DNA of 64,000 bases from Planctomycetota bacterium (GTDB taxonomy: Bacteria; Planctomycetota; UBA1135; UBA2386): positions 6,432,001 to 6,496,000 of the forward strand of contig OZ245006.1 in assembly GCA_965223545.1 (NCBI GenBank), written 5' to 3'. The notes below the pieces were generated by a model. That model was given only the letters and a program-made list of their open reading frames with translations. It was not told where the DNA came from and made no database searches. Below, piece by piece: positions 19,419-30,777 of the stretch; positions within the stretch are counted from its first letter, which is position 1, and every line of letters starts with the position of its first letter. Both the position numbers and the translations under genes were made by a program.

Positions 19419-22400
19419 TCAGTCCGGTGCGGTGGGGCGTTGGATCGAGAGCTTCACTTCGTGGTGGCTGACGTGCACGCCGCTGGTTCCGTGGTAGCAG
19501 TCGACGCGGACGACGTAGTTGCCGGCCGGGAAGTCGTCTGTCGGGGTCGGCATCAGATAGGACTCGTCACCGGGACCGGCGTCCGCGAGGCGGCGCAGGA
19601 TCGCCGTCGGCTGTTCGCCGGGCGTGGCCGGTGATCGGTCCACGGCGTAGTACCACTGACTGCTGGCGTCGGTGCGGTAGCACACCGTGTAGACGAGCTG
19701 GCTCTCTTGGCTGTTGGTCGGGTCCGGGTAGCTGGCGGTGTAGCGCTCGCCGTCGAACCGCGTGAAGCTCGTCGACCACAGCAACGGGATCGCGCCCGGG
19801 TCGGAGACCGACTGCTGTGGAGTGGGGTCGACCAGCTGCACGCGCGGTAGGTGGAGCGCCGGCGTTGCCATCAGCCGGGGGGCTCCGGCGACGTGCAGCG
19901 CGCGCAGCGAGTACGCCAGCGAGCGCAGGCTGGCGGCCTGGTGCTCGGTGGTGGTCCGCGGTGTCTCGCCGAACGGCACGAAGTACGCCGTCCGCCCGGT
20001 GCTGACCGGGTGGTCCAGCGCGATCAGCGCGGCCCCGTGGCCGGCGAGGTTGCCGGCGGAGAAGGACTCGAGCAGCTGGCCGCGGTGGTCGGGGTAGTCG
20101 GCGGCATGCGCGCGCTGGGGCAGGACCGCCGTGATGCCCGAGGGGAGCTGGATCGGCAGCTCGGCGGTGACGTAGGACGGCGTCAAGAGCCCCATGCGCT
20201 GGATCAGCTGCGTCAGCTCGTCGGTGAGCGTGGCGTAGTAGCGCGGTCGGACTTCGAGCTCGGCCCCCTCGGTCGTCATCGGCGCCATCAGGGCTTCCTC
20301 CTCGGCGACCGGCGGCAGGCCGAGGCGCAGCGTGCTCTCGGGCGGGCCGACTTGTACCAGGCTCGCGGGTCCCGCTTCTCCCAGCGTCGAGCCGGACGGG
20401 TACGCGAACAGGGTTCCGGCCGGCAGCGCGGCGAGCGAGGCGTTGGCGCGGACCGCGCGGCGGACCGTGCTGGTCGGCAGATTGCAATCGGCGTGGAACG
20501 CGTTCATCTGCGCCGGCGGGGCGAGCTCGCCGAGCCACGGCTTGGCCCAAAACGTCGTGCCGTTGCCGACCAACACCGGGCGGCCGATGCGCCTGCCTTC
20601 GGTGAGTTCCGCCACCATGCTGATGTCGTCGACCCCAACGGTGCCGGCCGCGCCGTAGAGGTCACCGTGCACGACCACCGGTGCCGCGCCGCCCGCGTTG
20701 TCGGGCAGCGCGATCTCGCCGCCGAGCAGCAGGCGCTCGGCGAGCACCCCGCCGGGATTGGCGAACACGGCCTGCGTCGACTGCAGGGCCTCGCGCCAGA
20801 TCTGCAGCATGCGCGGCACGTCCTCGTTCATCCCGGCGAAGCCGTCGGCGAGGCGCGCGGTGTCGAACGCGCTCCACGGTGCGCGCGCGTCCCCGGTCTT
20901 GGCGACGAGGTCGTCGAACCACCAGTTGTAGCCGTGTGCGAAGGTCGTTCCGTCGCCGCCGACGTCGAGGTACGGGTTGAAGCGCGGGTCGCCGATCAGC
21001 TGGTAGCGCTCGGTGATCGGCACGTCTGCCGGATCGGTGCTGATCCAGGCGTGGGTCGTGCTCTCGTTCTCCGGTGTCTGCTGCGTCGGCCAGACGCGGC
21101 GGGGGTAGTGGCCGGTGCCAATGAACGTCGTGGCGCTGTACAGCACCTGGTTGGGCGACTCGGCCTGTAGCGCGGCCTGCGGCAAGCGAATCCGCCAGCG
21201 CATCGTGTTCTTCGGCTGGGGGCTCGCATCGACCGCCGAGAGCGGCTTGAACGCGCCCGCCGTGACCGGCGACGGAATGTAGTCGGTCCCGTACAGGCGC
21301 GCCGCCGGATCGATGCCTTGCCCGGCGACCGGCGGGCAGGACAAGGGTGTGTTGTACAGCAGCAGGTAGGTGTGTGGGAACGGCGCCGCGGCGTAGTGCA
21401 CCGTGTAGTACATCTCGTTCGCCGAAGCACCCGCACCGCCCCGGCGTGCGGTGTGCACGGCGTATGGCTCGGCCGCCACGTTGCCGGTCTTGATGTCGAT
21501 CCCACCCGATTGGCAGTCGACGACCACCGAGCCGGTGTAGTCGCCGCCGGGGATCTCCACCGAGATCGGTTCCGACAGCACGGTGGGGCCGGCGTCCGGA
21601 TCGGTCTTGTAGGCGTGCACGCGGAACTCGACCGGCTCACCGCCGGCCTGCCGCATGGTGTGCAGCCGGCGGGCGTGGCTGACGACGCGCACCGTGGGCC
21701 AGTCCTCGTGCTTGGCGGCGTCGGATACGTTGCGCAACGGTGGGAACGGCAAACCGCTGCCGTGCAGGTTGATGAACAGCGCGTTGCGGTAGCGCTGCGG
21801 GTTGCTGCACATGTCGGCGAGCAGCAGCTGCAGCGGCGGTTCGTCCTCGTTCTCCAGGCCGGCGGCGACGCGGCGGGCGAACAGCTCTTGCGCGTCCGGC
21901 GTGCGCATGCAGTGGTTGAAGCGGTCGGCGACCGCGTGCGGCTGCGGGTTGTCGGTGGCGTCGTAGTCGTTGAGGACGCCGCTCTCGGTGCGCAGGCGGC
22001 CGCTGAACAGCTCCGCCGAGTACAGCGTGCTGGCGCCGGCGCCGGCCGCCAAGCGGCCCGGGTACCAGTAGACCCAAGGCGCCGCGGCGTCTGCTGTGGC
22101 GCTCTGGTTGACGTAGGGCGTGTAGAGCAGGTTGCGGCCGTAGCCGAGCTTGGTGATCCAGTGCAGGCGGAAGCGCAGGTGGGGGTTGGCGCTCTCGACC
22201 GCGGTTGCCGTCGACTGCAGCTGAGCGCGCAGCGCCGGCAGCGGCAGCCAGAGCGATGGCGCTTCGGCGATCGCCAGCACGTAGACATCGAACTCGGTCA
22301 CCATCGGCTCTGGCGTCACCGGCACGCTGATCAGGCCTGCCGTGCCGGCCACGTGCAGCGCGACGCCGAGGTCGTTGACGCGCAGCACCTGGATCTTGGC

Positions 22401-22817
22401 GTAGCGGATGCGGTCCAGACCTTCGATCGGCTCGAGCTCGATCGTCCGCGACCAGCGCCACGTGCCCTGCGAGGTCCGGCTGTTGCCCGACAGGATGTCG
22501 TCGGGGGCGGCGACGGGGTGGGTGGTCAAGTACGGACTCGGCTCGGGCGCCGCGGCGGCGTCGAGTTCGGCGAGCGTGGTGATGCGACGCTGGTCGATGC
22601 TGGACTGGAGCTCGGCCAGCAAGGCGACCGCCTTGCCGTGCGCAAACTGCACCGCGGCGTCTTCGCTGACCGCGCGGGTCGAGACCGCCACTTGGTGGAC
22701 GAGCAGAGTCAGCGAGATGCTGACGACCGAGATGGCGAACAGCAGCTCGATGAACGTCGAGCCAGCGCGCGGGCCGAGACGGTTCGGGCCCCCGGTCGCG
22801 CACTCGGCTCGCATCAC
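19419..22817 (-). CDS. Large (~1130 aa) protein with prepilin-type N-terminus
   Basis: AG|STFIELLFAISVVSISLTLLV type IV pilin-like N-terminus. The remainder has no recognisable family. Long ORF with coherent coding composition. Confidence 0.7.
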   Translation of the reverse strand: MMRAECATGGPNRLGPRAGSTFIELLFAISVVSISLTLLVHQVAVSTRAVSEDAAVQFAHGKAVALLAELQSSIDQRRITTLAELDAAAAPEPSPYLTTHPVAAPDDILSGNSRTSQGTWRWSRTIELEPIEGLDRIRYAKIQVLRVNDLGVALHVAGTAGLISVPVTPEPMVTEFDVYVLAIAEAPSLWLPLPALRAQLQSTATAVESANPHLRFRLHWITKLGYGRNLLYTPYVNQSATADAAAPWVYWYPGRLAAGAGASTLYSAELFSGRLRTESGVLNDYDATDNPQPHAVADRFNHCMRTPDAQELFARRVAAGLENEDEPPLQLLLADMCSNPQRYRNALFINLHGSGLPFPPLRNVSDAAKHEDWPTVRVVSHARRLHTMRQAGGEPVEFRVHAYKTDPDAGPTVLSEPISVEIPGGDYTGSVVVDCQSGGIDIKTGNVAAEPYAVHTARRGGAGASANEMYYTVHYAAAPFPHTYLLLYNTPLSCPPVAGQGIDPAARLYGTDYIPSPVTAGAFKPLSAVDASPQPKNTMRWRIRLPQAALQAESPNQVLYSATTFIGTGHYPRRVWPTQQTPENESTTHAWISTDPADVPITERYQLIGDPRFNPYLDVGGDGTTFAHGYNWWFDDLVAKTGDARAPWSAFDTARLADGFAGMNEDVPRMLQIWREALQSTQAVFANPGGVLAERLLLGGEIALPDNAGGAAPVVVHGDLYGAAGTVGVDDISMVAELTEGRRIGRPVLVGNGTTFWAKPWLGELAPPAQMNAFHADCNLPTSTVRRAVRANASLAALPAGTLFAYPSGSTLGEAGPASLVQVGPPESTLRLGLPPVAEEEALMAPMTTEGAELEVRPRYYATLTDELTQLIQRMGLLTPSYVTAELPIQLPSGITAVLPQRAHAADYPDHRGQLLESFSAGNLAGHGAALIALDHPVSTGRTAYFVPFGETPRTTTEHQAASLRSLAYSLRALHVAGAPRLMATPALHLPRVQLVDPTPQQSVSDPGAIPLLWSTSFTRFDGERYTASYPDPTNSQESQLVYTVCYRTDASSQWYYAVDRSPATPGEQPTAILRRLADAGPGDESYLMPTPTDDFPAGNYVVRVDCYHGTSGVHVSHHEVKLSIQRPTAPD

Positions 22818-23027
22818 GGGCTCATCGGCAGATCACCGCGATCGCCTTGAACGGCGGTCTCGATGTGGGACTCGCGGCCGCCGCCGGTGGGCGGTGCCGC
22901 CGATGGCAGCGGTGCTGCACGCTCGCTTGTAAGCCGCGCGGGGGCAATCTATGGTGCCGGCCTTTCCGACGATCCCCGCGGCGGGCTTTCGCGCCGGCGG
23001 GTACGCGAGCCAGGGAGGGCTTGGCGC

Positions 23028-25474
23028 TTGGTCAAACGGTCCAAAAAGAGCTCCGGTCAGCTGCCGTTCTCGGGTACACCCCCTTCGGGTGGCGCGGGTG
23101 GCGGAGCCGGCGGAGACGGAGAGACCGCGATCGCTCTGCACGAGGCGGCACAGGCGCGCTACCTCAACTACTCGCTCTCGGTGATCACCAGCCGCGCCCT
23201 GCCCGACGTGCGCGACGGCCTGAAGCCGGTGCAGCGGCGCATCCTGTACACCATGCTGCGCGAGCGCATGCTGCCCGACGCCAAGCCGCGCAAGTGCTCG
23301 GGCGTGGTCGGTTCGGCGTTGCGCGACTTCCACCCGCACGGCGGCGACGCGCTGTACGACGCGCTCGTGCGCCTGGCGCAGCCGTGGGTCATGCGCCATC
23401 CGCTGGTCGATGGGCACGGCAACTTCGGCTCGGTGGACGGCGACGCGGCGGCCGCGTTTCGCTACACCGAGTGCCGACTGGCGCCGGCGGCGATGCCGCT
23501 GCTGGACGACATCAAGAACGACACCGTCGCCTTCCGCCCCAACTACGACAACACCAACACCGAGCCCGTCGTACTGCCGGCGCGGATCCCCAACCTGTTG
23601 ATCAACGGCGGCGCCGGGATCGCGGTTGGCATGGCGACCAACGTGCCGCCGCACAACCTCGGCGAGGTGATGCGAGCGTGTCTCAAGCTGCTCGCGGACC
23701 CGGACATCCAGGACTACCGGCTGGTGGCCAACGACGCCGTGCAGGGCCCCGACTTTCCCACCGGTGGAACGGTGGTGACCACGCGCGAGGCTCTGCGCGA
23801 GATCTACAAGACCGGCAGTGGCACGCTCAAGCTGCGCGGCACCACCACGCCGGAGACTCGTGGCAAGCCGCGCGGCCAGCGGGGCGCCAAGGCGCAGAAG
23901 ACGCTGCTGATCGACTCGATTCCGTACGGCGTCAACAAGGCCACGCTCGTCGAGCAGATCGCGCAGATCGTCCTCGACCGCAAGATGGCGCTGCTGCTCG
24001 ACGTGCGCGATCTGTCGACCGAGGACGTGCGCATCCAGCTGGTGCTGCAGGCGGGGGCCGACGAGCAGAAGGTGCTCGCCTACCTGCACAAGCACACCAG
24101 CCTGCAGGTAAATTTCAGCTACAACCTGACCTGTCTGGTGCCGACCGAGAACCCGGAGGTCGGCGCGCCGGCGCGGCTGGGTCTGAAGGAGATCCTCTGG
24201 CACTTCCTGCACTTCCGCTTCGACGTCGTGACGCGGCGGCTCGAGCACGAGCTGCGGACGCTCGACAAGCGCATCCACATCCTCGATGGGTTCGCGCTGA
24301 TCTTCGACGCGCTGGACGAGATCCTGAAGATCATCCGCGCCTCGGACGGCAAGCAGGACGCGGCGAAGAAGATCCAGAAGCGCTTCGCGCAGCTCGACGA
24401 GGTGCAGATCGAGGCGATCCTCGAGCTGAAGCTGTACCGGTTGGCCAAGCTCGAGATCAACCTCGTCACCGGTGAACGCAAGGAGAAGCGGGCCCAGGCC
24501 AAGCGCATCCGCGCGCTTTTGTCCGACGACGCCAACGACACCACCGGCGCCGGCCGCTGGGGCATCGTGCGCAGCGAGATCGAGGAGATCTTGGCCGAGC
24601 ACGGCAAGGCGGACGCCGCCAAGCGGCGCACCGCGATCGAGCTCGGCGCCGAGGAGATGGAGTACGCCGAGGAGGACTTCATCGTCGCCGAGGACTGCCA
24701 CGTCCTGGTCACCGCCGACGGCTGGGTCAAGCGGCAGAAGGAGATCAAGGAGCCGAGCAAGTCGCGGATTCGCGAGGGCGACCGCGTGCTGGCGTGCGTC
24801 GCCGGCTCGACGCGGGCGACGGTCGGCTTCTTCTCCAGCCTGGGTACCTGCTACACGGCGCGGTTCATCGACCTGCCGGCCTCGACCGGCCACGGCGAGC
24901 CGATCCAGAAGCTGTTCAAGTTGAAGGACCGCGAGCGCATCGTCGCGGTGGTCAGCTTCGATGAGCGGGCACTGGCCGCGTCGATCGCCGAGGATCCCGC
25001 GCGGCCCGACGTCTGCCCTCTGCTGCACGGCTTGGCGGTCACCAGTGATGGCTACGGCTTGCGCTTCGGTCTGCAGAAGTTCGTCGAGGTCTCGAGCCGC
25101 GCCGGCCGGCGCTACGCCCGGCCCGCCGCCGAGCAAGAGGTGATCGGGGTCGCGGCAGTGCACGGCAGCGAGACCTTGCTCGGCATCAGCCGCAAGTGCC
25201 GGGCGATCGTCTGCAAGGTGGAGGAGATCAACTACCTCGGTGGGCCGGGCAAGGGCGTGCGCGTTCTGAAGGTCGCCGCCGCGGATCGAATGCTCGGTTT
25301 CAAGGCGAGCACCGGCGACCGGGACCTGCTCGTCGTCGAGACCAACCGCGGGGCCAGCAAGACGGTGTCGACGGTGAAGTACCGCGTCACCGCCCGCGGC
25401 GGGGCGGGGGTGGAGATCCAGAAGAACGGCAGCATCGCCCGCATCGTCGAGGATCCCGTGACGGCGCCGCAGCT

Positions 25475-25478
<4 letters not shown>
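23028..25478 (+). CDS. parC: Type IIA DNA topoisomerase subunit A (ParC/GyrA family, probably topoisomerase IV A)
   Basis: [39 protein letters not shown], catalytic [28 protein letters not shown]. Short C-terminal pinwheel with no canonical GyrA-box seen. Start (TTG after GGAGGG) is approximate, and parC vs gyrA is an inference. Confidence 0.85.
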
Positions 25479-27403
<1,925 letters not shown>

Positions 27404-27413
27404 GGTGGTCCGG

Positions 27414-29168
27414 ATGCGAGTCCCAGCCTCCATTGCCGTCAGCGCGTTGCTCGCCGCCGCTGTGGGCGCGCAGCCGCGATCGGTCTACGTGCCCATGCCG
27501 GACGGGGTGCGCCTCGCGGTCGATGTCCATTTGCCCGGGGACGGCGATCACGCGGTGCCCGCCCTGTTCGAGCTGACGCGCTACTGGCGCGCGCGCGAGC
27601 ACGGCCGCACCGGCGCGCGGCTGCCGGCGTTGAACGCGATCGACCGGGCGTTTCTCGAGCACGGCTACGCAGTGCTCAAGGTCGACGTGCGGGGCACCGG
27701 GGCGTCGTTCGGCGAGCGCCAGGCCGAGTACGGCCGGCAGGAGGCCCGGGACTGCCACGCGCTCGCCGAGTGGGCGGTGCGCCAGCCCTGGTGCGACGGC
27801 AACCTGGGCGCCTACGGCATCTCGTACTCGGGCACCACCGCGGAGCTGATGGCCGCGAGTGGGCATCCGGCGGTCAAGGCGGTGGTGTTGGGTTGGTCGG
27901 ACTTCGATACCTACCGCAGTCCCGTGCGCCCGTACGGCCTCTACGCCGAGAGCCTGGTCGCGGAGTGGAGTCGGATGGTCGCCGCGCTCGACCGCAACGA
28001 CGCGCGCCGGCTCGGGGCGCACGTCGCCCGCGTCGATGGCGATGACGACGGTGCCCTCCGCTCTGCTGCGGTTGCCGAGCACGTCCACAACTTCGATGTC
28101 GCGGAGTGGATCGAACGCTGCGAGTTCATCGATCAACCGATGGGGCGCTTGCGCGAAGGCGTCGAGCGCGACAGCTACCTGCAGGCGAGCGCCGTGCGTT
28201 GGCGGGCCCAGGTCGAGGCCGCTGCGGTGCCGATGCTGGTCTTCGCCAGCTGGTTCGACGCCGGTACGGCGCGCGGCGCCCTGCGCCGGTTTCGAACCTA
28301 CCGCAACCCACAGTGGCTGGTCTTGATGGCGTCCAGCCACGGTGGGCGTTGGCACGCCAGTCCGTACGCGGGCCGAGCGCAGCCACCGGCTCCCTCCGCT
28401 GCGGAGCAGACCGCGCTGCGGATCGCGTTCTTCGACCACCACCTGAAGGAGCCCGGCGACGAGGTGCCGGCCTGGCCCGCGGTGCGCTACTACAACGTCG
28501 GCGAGGAAGCCCTGCGCAGCGCCGGCGATTGGCCGCCGCCCGGAGTCGGGGAGCGCGTGCTGGCGCCGACCGCCGATGGCCGACTCCTGGCCCATGCCGA
28601 GGCCGCAGTGGTGGGCTACGACGTCGACTTCGAAGTCGGCACCGGATCCGCGAATCGCTGGGCGACGCAGATGGGTGGGCCGGTGCGGGGGCTCGACCAA
28701 CGCGCGCCCATGGACGCGCGCATGCTGGTGTTCGACACGCCGGCGCTGGCCGAGCCGCTGCAACTCGCCGGCGCCGCGGTCCTCGAGCTACGAATGTCCG
28801 TGGACCGCGAGGACGCCGCGGTGCTGGTCTACCTGCACGACGTCGATGCCGACGGCCGCAGTCGCTATCTGACCGAGGGCGGCCTGCGCCTCCTCCATCG
28901 GAAGCTGACGGTGGACCGCGCTCCGATGGAGCCGCTGCACTCGTTCGCGGAAGCCGACGCGCTGCCGCTGCGACCCGGAGAGGTGGAGACCGTGACGGTC
29001 GCGCTGCAGCCCGTGGCGGCGCGGCTCCCCGCCGGTCACCGATTGCGGCTGGCGGTCGCGGGGGCCGATGCCCACACGTTCGCCAGGGTCCCAGCGGCCG
29101 GAGCGGTGCATTTTGTCGTGCACTGCGGTCCGGCGGGATCCCGGCTGCGCCTGCCGGTCGTCGAGTGA
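27414..29168 (+). CDS. CocE/NonD family serine hydrolase (exported)
   Basis: YVPMPDGVRLAVDVHLP, DVRGTGASFG, QPWCDGNLGAYGISYSG (GxSYxG nucleophile), WFD, PepX_C-like C-terminal domain. Confidence 0.9.
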   Translation: MRVPASIAVSALLAAAVGAQPRSVYVPMPDGVRLAVDVHLPGDGDHAVPALFELTRYWRAREHGRTGARLPALNAIDRAFLEHGYAVLKVDVRGTGASFGERQAEYGRQEARDCHALAEWAVRQPWCDGNLGAYGISYSGTTAELMAASGHPAVKAVVLGWSDFDTYRSPVRPYGLYAESLVAEWSRMVAALDRNDARRLGAHVARVDGDDDGALRSAAVAEHVHNFDVAEWIERCEFIDQPMGRLREGVERDSYLQASAVRWRAQVEAAAVPMLVFASWFDAGTARGALRRFRTYRNPQWLVLMASSHGGRWHASPYAGRAQPPAPSAAEQTALRIAFFDHHLKEPGDEVPAWPAVRYYNVGEEALRSAGDWPPPGVGERVLAPTADGRLLAHAEAAVVGYDVDFEVGTGSANRWATQMGGPVRGLDQRAPMDARMLVFDTPALAEPLQLAGAAVLELRMSVDREDAAVLVYLHDVDADGRSRYLTEGGLRLLHRKLTVDRAPMEPLHSFAEADALPLRPGEVETVTVALQPVAARLPAGHRLRLAVAGADAHTFARVPAAGAVHFVVHCGPAGSRLRLPVVE

Positions 29169-29173
29169 GGCCG

Positions 29174-30535
29174 CTACTGCAGGAGCAGGTCGTGCCGGCC
29201 GCCCGACTCGAACGCGGCGGGTGAACCGAGCCGGAGGGCGATCGGCTGCGCGTAGGCGGTCAGGCCGATGAGGCTCGGGTTGGACGGCACCGGCAGCGTC
29301 GCCGAGCCCGGCACGCCGAGCGCCAGGCTCATCACCAGGCTGCTCAGGTCCACAGTGATCAGGCCGTAGGGCTGGATGACGACCGACGTCGGCTGCACGC
29401 CGATCAGCACGACCGCGCCGAACACGGTCGTGCGGGTCGAGGTCACCGAGAACGTCGCGCCCTGACCGGGGGCCCAGTTGGTCACCGTCATCGCGATGCG
29501 CGCCGCTTCGTACGCGCCGACGTCGGCGACCGCGTTGCGGTCGCCGTTGGCGTCGCTGACGCGGCCGCTGCCGTAGTAGTCGTTGACGCGATAGGGCAGC
29601 GTTCCGGTCCAGCCGCCCTCGATGCCGGGCGAGCCCGGCTGCAGCCGGAAGTCACCGCCGGCTGCGTTGACGAAGTTGAGCGGAGTGTTGAGGTTGGTCG
29701 GCGGCGGCGTGAAGTTGAAGTTCGAGACGCATTGCGCCGCGTAGTTGTTCATCATCACTGCCGACGCGGGCACCGAGCTGTCGGGGAAGCCGATGTTGCA
29801 GTTGACGACCGCGTTGTTGCAAATCCACTGCTGGGTGGGGTTCTGGTCGAACGAGATGCCGTGGCCACAGTCGTAGAACGTGTTGTGATACACGTAAGTG
29901 CGGTCGCCGTTGCTGCCGGTGTAGTACTGCGTGCGAATGCGGATCGCGACGCCGGATTGGTTGGTGCCGATGAAGATGTTGTCGTGCACCGCACAGTCGA
30001 ATCCGCCCCAGAGAATCACCGAGCTGTTGCAGTCCTCGAAGCGATTGTTGTGGATGTCGACGCGCCGCACCGGACTCGGGTTGATCGCGATGGCGCCGTT
30101 GCCCCACGGTGAGATCCCCGCGTTGCGGAACGTGAGGTTGGCGATCTCCAGACCGTCGGTGGCCTGGCCGTCGATCTGCAAGAAGCCCCACTGACCGTCG
30201 GCCCCGTTGAAGTCGACGATGCAGGTGGCCACGTCGCTGCCGGTGATCGCCACGTTCTTGTAGTCGGTCAGCACCAGCGCCGCGCCCGCCGAGGTCACCG
30301 GGTCCCAAAAGTCGCCCGTGGTCTGCGGGCCGTACGTCGCGGGCAGAATGTGGTAGACGGCGTCCTGGTTGGTCGTGGTCAGCCCGAACGTCAGGGTCTT
30401 GAACGGTGCGGCTTTGCTACCGGGGTTGGCATCGCTGCCGTTGGCCCCGTCGATCCAGTAGTGCGTGACCTGCGCGGGACCCACCGCGCAGGCGAGAACG
30501 GTGGCGAAGACAGAGAGGATGGCGGGCTTGAGCAT
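29174..30535 (-). CDS. Secreted right-handed parallel beta-helix (DUF1565-like) protein with C-terminal shared module
   Basis: Signal peptide; YWIDGANGSDANPGSKAAPFKTL; Asn-rich beta-helix repeats (IHNNRF, VHDNIF, VYHNTF); GDFRLQPGSPGI...DVGAYE. GGAG RBS not clearly seen. Confidence 0.8.
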   Translation of the reverse strand: MLKPAILSVFATVLACAVGPAQVTHYWIDGANGSDANPGSKAAPFKTLTFGLTTTNQDAVYHILPATYGPQTTGDFWDPVTSAGAALVLTDYKNVAITGSDVATCIVDFNGADGQWGFLQIDGQATDGLEIANLTFRNAGISPWGNGAIAINPSPVRRVDIHNNRFEDCNSSVILWGGFDCAVHDNIFIGTNQSGVAIRIRTQYYTGSNGDRTYVYHNTFYDCGHGISFDQNPTQQWICNNAVVNCNIGFPDSSVPASAVMMNNYAAQCVSNFNFTPPPTNLNTPLNFVNAAGGDFRLQPGSPGIEGGWTGTLPYRVNDYYGSGRVSDANGDRNAVADVGAYEAARIAMTVTNWAPGQGATFSVTSTRTTVFGAVVLIGVQPTSVVIQPYGLITVDLSSLVMSLALGVPGSATLPVPSNPSLIGLTAYAQPIALRLGSPAAFESGGRHDLLLQ

Positions 30536-30777
30536 GGAGTTCCTATACGGCTCGGAGGAAGGCTGGCGAGTATAGGAGAGCGCTCGCTCGCCCGCACTTG
30601 GTCGGGCGCACTGACGCCGCGACGTATTCGGCGGGCCCCGCCGCCAACCAATCGCGCTGTGTGCGATTCGGTGCTAACGGCGCAGCGGGTGCGTGGTCCC
30701 TGGTGCAAATCATCCCGGTGCGCCCTCGTTGCGCCGCTGCCCTCTTCGCACCCCTGACGCTTCCCCCCACTGTCACT

